In this document: piece by piece, positions 50,412 through 64,000 of the stretch
Numbering within the stretch: the stretch's first letter is position 1
Layout: each line of letters begins with the position of its first letter
Assembly (NCBI GenBank): GCA_013265495.1
Contig: MU058463.1
Coordinates: 558,001-622,000, forward strand
From: Vicugna vicugna
Lineage: Eukaryota
Direction: 5' to 3'
DNA: 64,000 nt
The notes under the pieces: generated by a model
Database searches by the model: none
What the model saw: only the letters and a program-made list of their open reading frames with translations
Told to the model about the DNA's origin: nothing
Program-made: the position numbers and the translations under genes

Positions 50412-53400
50412 AGAACCATTTCTCACAAAGACCACTCTTCCCCATTCAACCCAACCCATTAAGGGATCCCCCAAAGGAATAAGCATCATGTCATTTTGAC
50501 CTACCAAGTAAAATCTCTAACAGACCATGTATGATTTAGAACTCCCTGTGAGACAGGACAAAGTTTTATTGGACCTCCATCATGGTTCACCCTTCCTCTT
50601 TTCAGATGTTGGTCCCTAATCTCTAATCAACATGTAATACCTTAATCCATGCTCCATGTATGCTTCTAGAAATCTCATCCTGTGACAGGCAAATGTATCC
50701 CATGTTATCAGTAGCTTTAGACCTTTGAGTCTACATGCTCTACTATATTAAGTCTATTACCACTCCAACATACACTTTCTTTATTTTTTTTTTTTAGAAT
50801 TCTACTGTATCAATTATTATTTCCTTTCTGGGTAATTTGCTCTTGAATTACATTTTTCCACTTCTCGTTGACTTTTTTCTGTTGTTATTATTTGTTTGAA
50901 GAGACAAAGACAATAAAACATATAACTGCCTGCCATGTTTAACTGAATATTTCTACCCTAATTTTAGTTTTAATGTGTTTTTTCAAAGTCTTAACTTTTC
51001 TGTATTATTTCACAGAAATAGACTTTCTTAAAATGAATATGTAGTATTTATTGTCATTTTCAACAATGAATACCTTTCAAGGCTATTTTCTTCTTATATT
51101 TGTGTGGGAGTCTCCTCCTTATATGCTATTTAATAATTGAATTGATTTATATTTAGGTTTTTTTCCCTATCTTGTCTGTTTTATTTCATTCTGTGTTCCT
51201 TGGCTGTGCTAGCAGATTCCTTAGATCATGCTTATTGTTAGGAAGAACAAGCCTGCATTCAGAGGCATCTGGCATTTTTGAACCCTCTTGCTACTACTGT
51301 GGCCTGAGGCTGTCTACTTTAAGAGTTGCCTGAGATCCAGCTACTGCAGACAGTAGCCTGAGACTCTGTATCCACAGAAAAGCAATAAACCTGAACTTTA
51401 GAAATGGGATTTTCATTCACATTCTCTGAATTTTTATGTTAAAACTATTTGTAAAATAATATTTAAATCAAGTTGAAATTTATCATTTTAAACAAGAACT
51501 GTAATTATTTATAGTTTTTTTTAAATTTACATACCCTTAATTCCAAACTGTGGAATATATATATTTATCTCACTATATATATCTGACTAATAAATATATG
51601 TATATAAAACATATATATGTTATATATCAATAAAATTGAATCTGTGAACTATTATATAATTAAAGTGCTTGCACAAATTATACATATATCTTAATTCATT
51701 TGATAGTTTCCTTGTGATAATCATATGTGTTAATTTAAAAACTTTATATGTCTCAGGAATTATCTTCCTACTTATGTTTAAATTATTTTAAACCTTCTAC
51801 TGCCGATTTATTATTGGCAATAAAAACAAAATGGTAACTTAAAGTGAGTAACATCACTTTTGTATTGAAATAATTTATAGTAAAAATTCTATTTGCTTCT
51901 AAAAGTACTTTTTGCAATGAATAGAAACTGTTCAATTAATTTTAAAAAGTATGCTTTTGCTTAATGCTTTGTGCATAGTGGGTGAACAAAGATTCGCTTA
52001 TGCTGTTGTCCAAAGTACAAGAAGAATCCTTAGTCATGTTAATATAAAGCAAGAAGTGTTTTGTTTAAATAATTTAACTTGGACTATAAAGCAGAGAAAT
52101 CCAAGCTATCTTTAGATAACAGTTAAAAAGCGAAGGCATTATGACTTATTAGGCTCATATTAATTTGGCTCTAAGATTTAACATAACAATATACACAGTC
52201 ATAAATTATATATTAACTCAAGCTTTATTGTCAAACAGTTGCTGTTAATAATACACTGATGATTTTCCTTTCAAATACATATAAAATTTGTAATATCTTG
52301 AAAATATAATGCCACAAAAAATTTCAAATCATTTTAGTTACATGTATGATCATAGTAAATATTATAGGAGCCTATTTTAGCTATATCTTTTAACAAAAGT
52401 TCTAAGTATGTTACTCTGCCAAAGTGTAGTCAAATTACCATGTTCTTAGAACAATGATGGATTTTGAAAGTCAAGTAGTAAATTACAGTTTCAGAAAAAT
52501 TCCAAAGAGAAAGTCTTTCACAAATAATCAGCAGCATTTAGGTTCAATAAAGAACAATGTAAGAGTCTAAAAAAAGAATAAATGTCAAAATGATGGGCAA
52601 GCTCCTTAGATACCTACATAATTTCTATTTTTAGCTGTTCTAAAAGAGATAAAAGGTTGCTAAGATTAGGTTTCTTTTTCAGGCAGCTTTCTTTCCCTAA
52701 ATTAGCTAGATATTCAAAACCCTCTAAAGTACATTTTAGAACTTTGTTCTTAGTGCAGTTTCCTATGTAATACAAATAAAGATGGTCTCATAATGGAAAG
52801 GTTCATTAATTAATTAGTGATTAGAAAAATATTTTTGGTTATTGTGTTTGAATATGCCATTTGATGTGTATTTGGTCTTTATTATAGACATCTGTCTCTT
52901 TAGTCTGTGTGGTATATTTTCATTTCCATTGCTATCAACATAATTGAAAAAGGAATTAAACAGAAGCCAATAATAAACCATAGTCTTTGGTAAATAACTT
53001 AGATTCCTATTTCAGTTTCCTTTGTTTCTCTTATCTGATACCATTCATTGAGCAAATGAAAATTCTGCCAATATTGGAATTTCTCATCTAATATTCCAAA
53101 ACCTTGCAGCCACTTTTAAGGAAGGAGATAGAACTTGTACAATTAAAAAATGACTGAAAGTAGCAGTTAGATTCAAATGCTAATCCCAGAGATGCAGGGA
53201 ACATAAACCTGGAGATGAAGGTGTGTAGGAACTTTTAGCCCTTGCAGTCGGGAGATTTATTACAACTTCCTGCAGTGTAAATTGAAGAAATCTCTTCATC
53301 TTTTCTAATGCTCCTGAACCACAGTTCCCCACACTCTTAATTATGGGCATTCTCTTTCTTCCTTGTTAATTCCTCTGCTGCTTCTTGCCTCTTTTCTGAT

Positions 53401-53502
53401 CCCACTGTTCTGCTTTTCTGGCCGCTCTCTTTGTGCTGCCATTTTCCTTCCATGTAATTTCTCCTTACTGTTAAAGGAAAGCCATATGAGTAGCCTGAGA
53501 CA

Positions 53503-53541
<39 letters not shown>
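53503..53541. repeat. (AAT)13 microsatellite
   Basis: Perfect trinucleotide run. Confidence 0.97.
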
Positions 53542-53542
<1 letters not shown>

Positions 53543-55402
53543 GCAAAGGTGCAGTTTAACTTGAAGAAGCATTATTTTTATTGCTTAAGTAAATGCATTA
53601 CAGTAACATTATTATTATATAATCCTGTTTATTGGTCTTAGGAATTATTCCATGTATTAATCTCTGTGTAGTTTCTTCAGACACTGTAGGCGGTCCACAC
53701 AAAAAGACCCTAAAGTGGTTGTGAGACCAGTAAATATGACAGTGATTTTTTTATTGGCATGATTGTGATTAGTATTACCTATTCTGATATTAATATCATA
53801 TTGAGGCCTATGAGATGAAGGCCAGGAAAATTAAATTTCCTGTAGCACTCTTGAGCAAGGAAACAAAATGAAAAATGAGAGGCCAAAATGACATGATATG
53901 GGTCAAAGTGGAATATTACTGAAACCTGAGATGGTAGTCAAGTAGCCAGCTATTTAAACAAAACAAAACCAGATTAATTTTTAGTGTTGTTTTATTCTAA
54001 TATACCTACTTGGTTTGAGGCAAAATACAGATTAGAAATCTAAATGAACAAAAAATTATAACAAATAAATATTTTTGCAAATTCTTTCTAAAATGAAAAT
54101 TACTAGATGGCAGAAAAGCTTATCAAATATTGTTGATGTGATCTTGGAATACAGTTTAAAGTATTTCATACACTTAGAGCCTGTGTAGCATGCTCATTAA
54201 TACACACTGTAATTATGAATTGAGAAAATGTAGTAAGAAAACTTATGATTGTTCTGACATAAAAAACAAAATAAACTCAATAGACTCTAAGGTAAATGTT
54301 TAAAGAAACAATAGGAAATAAACAGTCTTGATGTTAAAAATTTCTTAAGAGTCACTTTAAACCATCCTGCTATCAGAAATGCAAAGTTACTGAATTCTCA
54401 AATGTGACAGTGTAACAGAAGAAAATCATGTTTCATACTGAGTTGCCAAAAAATAGTACACGGGACTTTTATAAATAGTTTAATTTTAAATATGTTCTCC
54501 TTGAAATAAGGATATGAAAATTTTGTTTGTGACCTTTTTAAAATCAATAATAAAAAATTTAGTACTAGGAACATTATATAAGATAATATTACAAGATAAA
54601 ATTCAAATACAAGATAATACAAGATAAAATTATCAAAATGATATTACATTAAAAATAATTTAAAAATCTGAATATTCACCAGTTATTTTAAAAGAGTAAG
54701 TCAATATTCTTGGTTGCATATGTCTACAACATTGTGAACACATTTATATGGTTTTGCATTCAATTATCCAATACAGAAGAACAAAACTTTACATCTGAAG
54801 CAAATTTAATGATCTTTTGTGAATATTTTAAATACTAAGAATGTTAACATGCCAATAATTATTTGTACTGATAACAATTATGCTGGAAACCAAGATTGCC
54901 ATAGAAAATAATATTAATTTTATCAAAATAACTCAATTATATTATTTCTGTTACAATTGTAAAATTGTACTCATATGAATATATTGCATAATATTTTATT
55001 GTCTAATTACTGTAATTTCCACCAAAGTGGATACTGGTTATTAATATTTTACACTAAACCAGTCTGAATTTCTCATAACTTATCTTTTTTAAATGATTGA
55101 TATTTAAACATATGCACTTATAACTAAATATACACAGAAAATGTAGAAGCAAAGTCTTTTACATCTGACTATTCTGTGACTATTCTGATTGTAAAAGTGT
55201 CTTAAAATTTCCATTTAATCAAATTCTTATAGAGTAAAAAAGTAGATATAGTATGTCCAGCAGTATGCAGAAAAACGTGATACATGTTTGAATATTTAAA
55301 ATGAAATGCTGTCCTCAAACACCTTAGAAACTAGCTGGGAAAAAACATATAAGCAAATGAATTGGATAATGGCCTATTTAGCATGTGATATAAGTAACAC
55401 TT

Positions 55403-55435
55403 TTTTTTTTTTTAATTGAATTCAGTTTACAATGT
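55403..55435 (-). mobile_element. Ultra-short L1 3' stub with poly(A)
   Basis: T-run plus 'aattgaattcagtttacaatgt' between the TSD AG(T/C)AACACTT (55393-55402, 55436-55445). Confidence 0.7.
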
Positions 55436-56369
55436 AGCAACACTTAATCAAGAGTCTCAGGGAAGTACCTGTGGTGGAAGAACTCCCTTTTGGTTACTGC
55501 CATCTAGAGGGCTCTAGTGGACATTTATTGGTGGCTTCTCAGACATTCCAAATTCTAATTCTCTTTGTAATTCTCTACTGCTATTTCACCCTTGTGATTT
55601 GGGTGTGGTAATTCCTAGGTCAGTAGCATTGGATTCCACATACCCATCTACCAAAGCATAGGATTAGATTAATTTCTAGTTATCACTCTTCAAATCAAGA
55701 AGAACAGATAAATGGTGGTCGGTTTGGACCCTTTTGAGCTATTGAGAAAATAAAAACTGCATTTCACTTTAAATAAGAATAATGATGCTTGCAGACCCAG
55801 TAGTTTCTGGCACAATCTAGCAAAAAAGAAAGATCATACCAAGAGTAGAGTGAAAACTTTATGAAGGACATAGAAATTGATCTGAACTTGAAGAATTAGT
55901 TATAATTAAGTAGCATATAATTCTATAAAATAAATTAAAATTCTCTAAAATAAAATAAAAAAATAAATAAGCCAACATTACTGTCTCATTGTAACAACCA
56001 AGAAGTTGTATTATCTGTAAAACTTGTTCTGTCCCTTTAATGAATCAATATGTTAACTAATGGCTAAAATATAGTCACTAAATAATACATTTTAAATAGT
56101 AACAATTATCTTTAAACAAAATATTCTCAACAAAATAAAATCTTTATGAAAAAAATGCATGCAATAGAGAAAGTCAATTCTCTTAAGAGGTAATTAAAAG
56201 CCAAAAGAACTAGAAATATACAAAAATCTGAAAGTATTTTTATTAATATGCAATAAGATTTAGGAAAGGAATAAAAAGAAAACATGAAGAATAAGAAAAA
56301 GTAGAATTTGGAAAGAAGCAAAAAAAGCAAATTAGAAAAGGAGCAAAGTTGTATAAATGAACTACAAAT

Positions 56370-56660
56370 AATGGATAATATGTCTCAATGATTTGATTAA
56401 ACAATAGATTAGATACAGTGGAGGAAAGAACTGTTCAAGTTAATGTTAGATCTTTAGGAATCAGCCAAATGGAGGTTATAAGAAAGAATGAGAATATCTA
56501 ACACATCTAATAATGATTAAAAAAATAATGAATCAGTAGAATGGGGGTGGAATGATTTAAAAAGATAATGGATCTGGGAATATAGATGAATCATCAGACT
56601 AAAGAAGCAGAACATGACCCAGACCTAAAACTATATTCAGCCAGACCATAAAATATATCA
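56370..56660 (+). mobile_element. Ancient L1 ORF1 remnant
   Basis: 'ttaaacaatagattagatacagtggaggaaagaa...atctaacacatctaata...catcagactaaagaagc'. Confidence 0.5.
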
Positions 56661-57409
56661 TAACCAAAATTGTATATAATATTTTTAGAATTGTCATCTC
56701 AGGTATCCTGAACTTCAGTCAAAACGTATCAGTAGACATAATGGAGACATGTGAAGTGCACCTGTTTCAATTTCTGTAGGTGCCAATCATTTTAGCAGAG
56801 GAATCACTTGGTTTTTGAAATAATATTTCAGAACTTTATTTTATATCCATTTTGCAGCCTTTCTTAAGGAACATAGTAGAACTATGTTCAAAAAGAGATC
56901 TATCAAGAAGTTGTAAGCACCGATTGATAAGAACTGGCAAATTGCCGGCCACTACCACTCTGAAGTTGGTACAGATTATACCTTCTTTGACTACATAATA
57001 CCATTTAGCTCTCAGTACTCATTGGGCTTTCCAGAATATCTGGTAAAGCTCTCATGATCATGAAGTCTAATCCACTTCATCTATTTTTTAATTAAGGGAA
57101 ATGCAATGGAGGTAATTTAGGATAAAGGGGAAAAAAGGAAAGGAATTAAAGGTGCAACCATTGTTTGTTTACAAGCTAATTTTGAATTGAAAATTGGCTT
57201 TGCTAATGTTTTAAGACTCCCTAATATTTCTGTATTTTCATTCAATTAAAATTGCATACTAGGTGTTTAGTTACTATAGCTATGTAACAAATTACTTGGA
57301 CACAGTAAGTGCAGACTTTTTTTTTTTTTTTTTTTCCAGAAGGGATCATTTGTGTGGGCAGCGGGGAATGGGAACAAAGACGTATTTAGTACCTAGACTG
57401 CCAGGTTAC

Positions 57410-57775
57410 TGTAGAGACACTGAGTGCTCACCAAATATTTCAGTGCTTTACATTTCCCAACATTTACTGTAGTTAGTTTAAAGCTACCTGAATTCATGTG
57501 GCTGAAAGTTGGCGAGTGTGTTACTTACAGGTTGAGGCAGTATGTCTGGTCTTTATCTTCTTTCCTTTGCGGTGCCTTTGGTGGCCATGACACAGTGGAA
57601 CCATAATTGTGAAACATTCTGAAAGAACAGTTACTGCATAAAATAAAGATGCTTTGTAGAGTCACCAAGTCTAAACTAGTTTTCTCTAATGAGAAGTATA
57701 CTTTGGTTTTGTTATACCACTGAAATCTTAGTGTTTGTCTCTTAAAGAATATAACATTAATTATCCTGACTAATA
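57410..57775 (+). mobile_element. MLT1J-like LTR
   Basis: 'tgtagagacac...ctcaccaaat...tacatttccca' through 'ccactgaaat...tatcctgactaata'. Confidence 0.65.
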
Positions 57776-58539
57776 TGAACCTTTAAAGTATTGAACCTAA
57801 AAAAAAATGCCCCAAATGTGTCCACATTTATAAAAAATATAAAACTTTGATTGCAACTTAAGGTTACCAAGAGTATTATCTTTATACAATGTGCATATTT
57901 TTTCTAAATTTTTACATATATTTAAAAATTTTTGCTGCGTTTACATTTATGAATGTTTTTAAACTTTATTGCCATTTATACTTGGAAAAAAATGAATGAA
58001 AAACAGAGATAGTTTGTCATTCAAATGTTTTATTAAATAATTTCTTATTTTATACATAAAAGTATGTACTCCATACATTGTTTGCTTAATAAATTTGCTC
58101 CACTGGGCACTGTCATGTCATAAGCACTCCGGACTTGATCCAGAACATATTCAGCATCTCAGGGCTCTCTTGTTCTACCTGCTGTCACTGTCAGCTCCCA
58201 GAGATAACAGCCAGTCAGCTGTCTTAACACTGCAGATTAGGTCTACTTGTTTTTATGTTTTAGATACATATAATGATATAGTGTGTACTCTTTGTGCTCA
58301 GCTTCTTTTCCTCATGGTTATATTTGGGAAATGCATCTATTTTTTTCCAGATCACTTAAGTTTGTTCAGTGCCTAGATTTGATTTGTTTTATAACTATTT
58401 TTCTAGATTTAGTAACAGGCACTGGGCTGAAACAAAAGGATATATGCAGTAGGGTGAATGTCATGTATACATGTCATGTCATGATTATCCAAAATAGTAC
58501 TTTATGATATTTGACAGTAACTGAAATAAAACTCTCATC

Positions 58540-59875
58540 CCCCTTTGTGGGAATTTACCCTTAAGATGTTTCTCTTATGCTCTAACAATACTAAAATATA
58601 CATGTGATTCACTACAGTATGTTTTATAATTGCAAAAGATTAAAAATAACTAAATTCTAATGTGTAGCAGATTATTGGGGAAAAAAAGTTATATCCATAC
58701 AATGTTCTACTATATGATTGTTTTAAAAAAGAAAAAAGAAAAAATGGAAAAAGGAAGTTTATATATAAATATGTAACATACATATATAAACTAATAGAAT
58801 ATGAAAACCAAGAAGCTATTCATTGGAAAAAAGCATATACCTTCAATCTAAAGAGATAAAGGAGTATAAAAAATAAACTTTACTCAGTAAGATTGTGTTT
58901 CACACTGGCATTAGTTTACCATTTCTAAAAAAGCTTTCAAAATATTATAAGATGATGATAGTGAATAATTTTCTCAATGAAGGAGGAGAGTGACCCAGAT
59001 ATAGAATCTCGAAAGGCTAGAAAGAAGCTGAGATCCTGTACTGGAAATGGGAATTTCAGTATAAATTCACTATTTTAATACACACACGTATAAACATATG
59101 TGTATGTTTTTGTATAGTTTATGCATATGCATACATATATTTCATAACTGTTTGCTGAAAGGGCCTAGAAAAAATGATTTCCACTACTATCAATAGCACT
59201 GAGCACACCATGACACAGCTTTGATTTCTATATACTATTCCTTAATAAAAATAACCAAAATATCTTGGAGAGATGGATGAATTTAGATCTCAGGCAGAGA
59301 AAGTACAAGCTGCAGGTGCCACATCTTGTTGTGCCAGAAAGTAAGGGAGTTGTCAAAAAATAATGGGATATTGTCATAATGACACATGAGCTAGATTTAA
59401 GGAGCTCCACTTAGTCAAATCTAGGACAAACTGAACTTCAAAACAGATAGTAGCAGTTTAGGATTATAACCCATTGATTAAAAAAGAAACCCTTGTGTCC
59501 ATTCAAATAATAAATAAGTGGGAAAAAATAATAAATGGACGATAGACATGCACATATGTATTCATACATAAGAGAGAAAGAACAGCTCTCCATTATAGTA
59601 GAATATCCATTATTAAAAGACTAAGAAAGAAATATATTAAAAACAACTTTTTTTGAAATGACTAATAATTATGTATTTGCACATTAGTTACTTATGGATG
59701 TGAAAATTATGGTTAAAGATTAATGAGAAGAAGAATATTTACATAGTTCTGAAGTACATGCCTTTATGTAGAGACAAAATGATAAAGGAAACATCAAAAT
59801 TTAACAGTTAGATAATCTGGATAAGGAGTATAAATTTGGGGATAAACTTGCAAGTTTTCTTTACATTTGAAATTA
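58540..59875 (+). mobile_element. L1MC-like 3' region
   Basis: 'acatcttgttgtgccagaaagtaaggg...aaatctaggacaa...aagaatatttacatag'. Confidence 0.65.
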
Positions 59876-62800
59876 AAATTTTACAAAATCATTTTGTAAA
59901 CTTCACTTTCTTCAATGTTACTTTGCTTTAGAACCCAGGGTCTAAATATTGGAAAAAAAAAATAGAAAACAAAACCACATTTCTGTCAAAAACAAATGAG
60001 TTAGATACAATATAAATTAAAATACTAAGTCAGGGATTGTGATTTGAAATACGTAAGAATATGAGATGAATTTTTCACTTATACTCTCTGGTTGATGTGA
60101 TAGGACAGTTTTCTAATAGGTGTAAGCTGTATTGATGACTCACTCCCTGAGAACAGCACTGATTTTCACACATTTGAATGATTAATATTTGCATTAAAAC
60201 GGCAGGTTCAATAACACACACAGTTAATTTTGTGCTTCACAGGACTTTAGATTTACTTTACACTATAGTTTCTTTGATTTATTTTCTATTAATAGCAATT
60301 TGTGTCATCAAATTTAATAAAATAGGTTAAGCAAGATGCCCCTCCTCCAGAATATGTGGTTTAGGAGAGATTTATTAAAAGCCATATCTAACTGTCTTTA
60401 AATATATATTCAAAATTCAGAATGTTATATAAGGAGTAATTTTACTCAGTTTCTGCAGGTCAGAGGTTAATTTGATTGTATCCTTCTTTCTTTTTAAAAA
60501 AAATTATCTCATGCTCAGAAATGTCAATTTTTCATTTATATTTACTGAATCACCACTTTCATATACAAACTGGGTTCTATTCTACTTTCCCTTACAATTT
60601 TCAAAATCATTATATCCCCTGTCATAGTTAATTACTTAAACATATTTATATTGGATTTAAGCACAATAATATCAACACAGTTTTATATCCTAGATATTAG
60701 GTATTTGAGAATTTAACATTCCTCCCCTTCCTTTTTGATTCTTTTGAGTATTCTAGAGATTCTAGGTGAGATATCCTTGTATATAATTTGTAATAATGTT
60801 TTGAATTGAATTATGTAGACCATGAAGTTGGTACAAGTCACAGAGAGAAATTATGAATAATTAATTGTCCATTGTCTATAAACCCAAGAAAACTAAAATA
60901 AAGGAATAACCTGTAGCAAGTCAAGAATATTATTTGTTCATTAATGCTTTTAATAGCTAGAAGTTATTTTGAAAAAATAAAATCAATAATGAGCATATAA
61001 ACAGGTACATAAATAAGAAATTCATTGGCCTTCCTTTCCTGCAAGTTTATTAGCTTGTGTTTTTACTGCTTGACAGACAAATGAAAACTAATTGTGCTGT
61101 GAAATCAAAGTGACAGTTTCAATTATCTTACTTGATTTCTTGACTCTCTTTGCTTTAAGAGAAACTGATGCAGTGTAGCTTAGAAATAATTAAAATTCTT
61201 AATTTGCTTAAGTGGTAATCACTTTTATAACTTTTAGTAGATAGAATGCCATAAAAATAATCATGATAATTTTAATCTTAATGAAGAATTTGAAAAACTA
61301 TTTGAAATAGTAATTCAGAGTTGACAGACTTTTGAGAAGACACATGGTTATATAGTGGGCAACTGACATAGGCAAGGTATAATCCCAAATGACTTGTTTT
61401 CAAAAGTGACAGCATTAACTGCAACTTTATACTGCAAGTAATTTGTTCCCATCAGTCCTTCAGAAACTTTTGTCAGGCTCTGCCAAAAACAACTGCCTTT
61501 ATGTTTGAAACAAATAGTGTTTCTCTTTCTATTTTGTTCTTCACCCTACTTTCTCTCCAGCTATAACAGTAACTTATTTAGGCTGTTTCTTACACACTAG
61601 CCAATCAAAAATCTATTATCTTGGTAGAAGTAGAGAAGTAAAATAGCTCAGTAGGCTTACATTGTCTAGCGTACTTTAGTATAATGTACTTCTTTAAAAT
61701 ATGTTAAATGACATCCTTATTTATACTTAGTAGACATTTAATGTACTTATTATGTACTGAAAATTATCAGTTATTCTGAGTGAGTCCTTGTGACATTGTT
61801 TAAAAAGGTGCATATATCATTCTTTTTTATTCTTCTTTGGTTATGTACTCATATCTACTTTTATATCTACTTTATTGTCATGAAAGAAAGCTCTTCAAAA
61901 GACATTTCACCTCTTGGATTGCCCTCCTTACCTCAACACTGGGGTTGTTTATTCTTGTCGAGATATTCTCTTTGAAGGCTCTTTGCTCTAAGAAGTTAGA
62001 GCAATTGGTAATTAAATTATTTTCTTTGATATTTGATATTTAATGTTCAAAGTTCTAGTCAGGCTTCGTGTGCTCTTGCTTAATTCTTCAAAGCCACTGG
62101 ATGGCATGACTACTTTGAATCAATTTTTCTCAGAGTTCCACTTCACAAAACTCAAAACTTCTAACAAACTGACGATCACCTTCTTAAAATAAAAGCATTA
62201 CAGTTTTCTGCTTGTAATTACTATAAGGTATTTTAAAAAGTATAATTCAACTTAACACTACACAATACTACATGGATACACTTTGCCATGAGAAAGTATG
62301 ACCCTCTCCGTTGAGTTGAACTTTAAAAAATATCTTGAAAATTTTACTTCTTTCTTACATTCATTTTTACATTATATTAACTCTTCTATTTTATATAATT
62401 ATTGCTGAACAATGCCAGTGAGTATTTTCTTATTCGTTTCCTTTCAGCTTCTATACAATATAAGGAAATTAATTTTTGTGCACTAATATTGCCATATATC
62501 CCAGTGGGTTACATCATGTTTTAAAATAAATGTACCATACTTTCTAGTTGCTGAGAAGTTTCTATGAGGAGTGTTTACAGGATGAAATTAAATTTTATGC
62601 ATTTTGGTCATTTTTTTTCTGTTCATTTTTCCTTCTGACTCATTTGTGGAAGCTCTGAAAAATAAAAGTTTTATTATAACTCATTTGGCACTCAAAACAT
62701 GACAAGTTGTGAACTGTCCTAAGGCTGTTTGCTTGAAATGCTTAAATATCCTACTTTTTATAAGTATTCATGGATTTTAATGTAGAAATATAACTGTGTT

Positions 62801-63164
62801 TCTTTAATACATGATACTGTGAACCTTGCTGGGGACTGTATGTATGATTTTTCTAAAGCCTACCCATCAAAACAATTTTTAAATTCTAAAGCACATTTCG
62901 CTAGTATGAGTTCAGAAAAGAGAATTAAGCCTATTAGAAGTCAGAAATAAATATTAACTTTATAAAGTACTTATTGGACATTGATACAGATTTTAATTTT
63001 ATTTATTTTTTTACTTAATATGTATGTTAGTAAGTATAAAATATTTTAAAATACAAACTATTTTATTCATTACTAAAGCAAATCAAAAACTTGACTAGAA
63101 TTTTTTGAACTTTCTAATTGATGTATTTATATACAAATATATGTATATGTGTATAGGCATTTAC

Positions 63165-63700
63165 ATTTTAAACTTTTTATTGAAGTTATAGATGTAAGAA
63201 AATAGCTCATTAATTTTCACAAACAAAAAATACATTATCTTGCAACCAGATCATGAAACAGAATATTGTTATAGTACTAGTACCTCAGAAGTCCCCCTTT
63301 GGCCTCTTCTGGACAATAGTCACCCCACCAATCCTGTTGTCTAATAGCAGAGAGTGGTTTTGATAATGCTTATATTATTAAAAATGATACTATAACCTCT
63401 CCTGTCTCTTCTATCTGTGTGTATGACATTTCATGCTCTTGTGATTTATCTGTTCTCACATGTATAATGCCTCACTATGTAGTAATTCACTGTGGAACCC
63501 ACTGTGTGAAAATACAATAAATTTTATTGGAAAATATTTTGGGAGAACCTGTAAAATGATATAATGCATTCTATAAAAGATATGCATATTCTATAACTGT
63601 GAAATTCCACTGCTAATTATATACCCAATGGAAATGTACATATGTCCAACAAAGTGTATATTTTGAAATTGAACATTGTAAAATAGCTGTTAGTGTTTTT
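63165..63700. mobile_element. Old L1ME-like fragments
   Basis: Minus 3' end 'ttttattgaagttata...cctcagaagtcccc'; plus piece 'aattccactgc...atatacccaatggaaatgtacatatgtcca'. Confidence 0.5.
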
Positions 63701-64000
63701 GAATACCACATAAAAATGCATTATTAAGATCTGTTTGTAGTATCTCCTTTTGTTTAGATTTAATTACTAAAATTATGCTGAGTTTATTAAATAAATTAGG
63801 GAAAACCTAAAAAATATATATTTTCAGTCTCTTTTTCTTTTGAACTAGACCAAATACCATTCTGATTTTGTGTTGCTTTAAAGTTCAATAGAGTTCATGT
63901 GTGAAAATATCTGGGACTGTTTCTTACAGAACTTTCTCAATTACTTGCATAGAAGTTTTCCTATTTTGATTTCTGCTTCTTCTAATGTTAATTTTCAGCA

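Noticed and set aside
53337..53641. Signal-peptide-like poly-Leu and poly-Ile ORFs
   Set aside because: Translation of the (AAT)13 microsatellite.

Overview
AT-rich, CpG-poor mammalian genomic DNA (gene desert or deep intron) with no recognisable host exon. Two copies of a ~150-bp tRNA-derived SINE resembling camelid Vic-1, and no obvious Alu/B1/Bov-tA/CHR copies, suggest a camelid source (inference). The window is mostly layered transposon fossils: one young 5'-truncated LINE-1 (19280-21746, minus; perfect 16-bp TSD; RT open, C-terminal frameshift), many old L1/L2/MIR fragments, five ERV1-type solo LTRs within 1.1-7.4 kb (two nested in a MaLR provirus), an ERV-L pro/pol remnant, and DNA-transposon MITEs. 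The only long ORF is L1 ORF2; the others are chance or repeat-derived. I cannot support a new biological system here. The best leads are a multi-hairpin palindromic ~160-bp element (33629-33788, MER135-like), an endonuclease-less L1 RT frame with a flank-derived in-frame ATG, a tailless tRNA-Lys 5' half, an apparent SINE/L1-tail chimera, a 24-bp TSD and a 33-bp L1 stub. Repeat family names come from recalled consensus similarity, not a search, and old-repeat boundaries are approximate.
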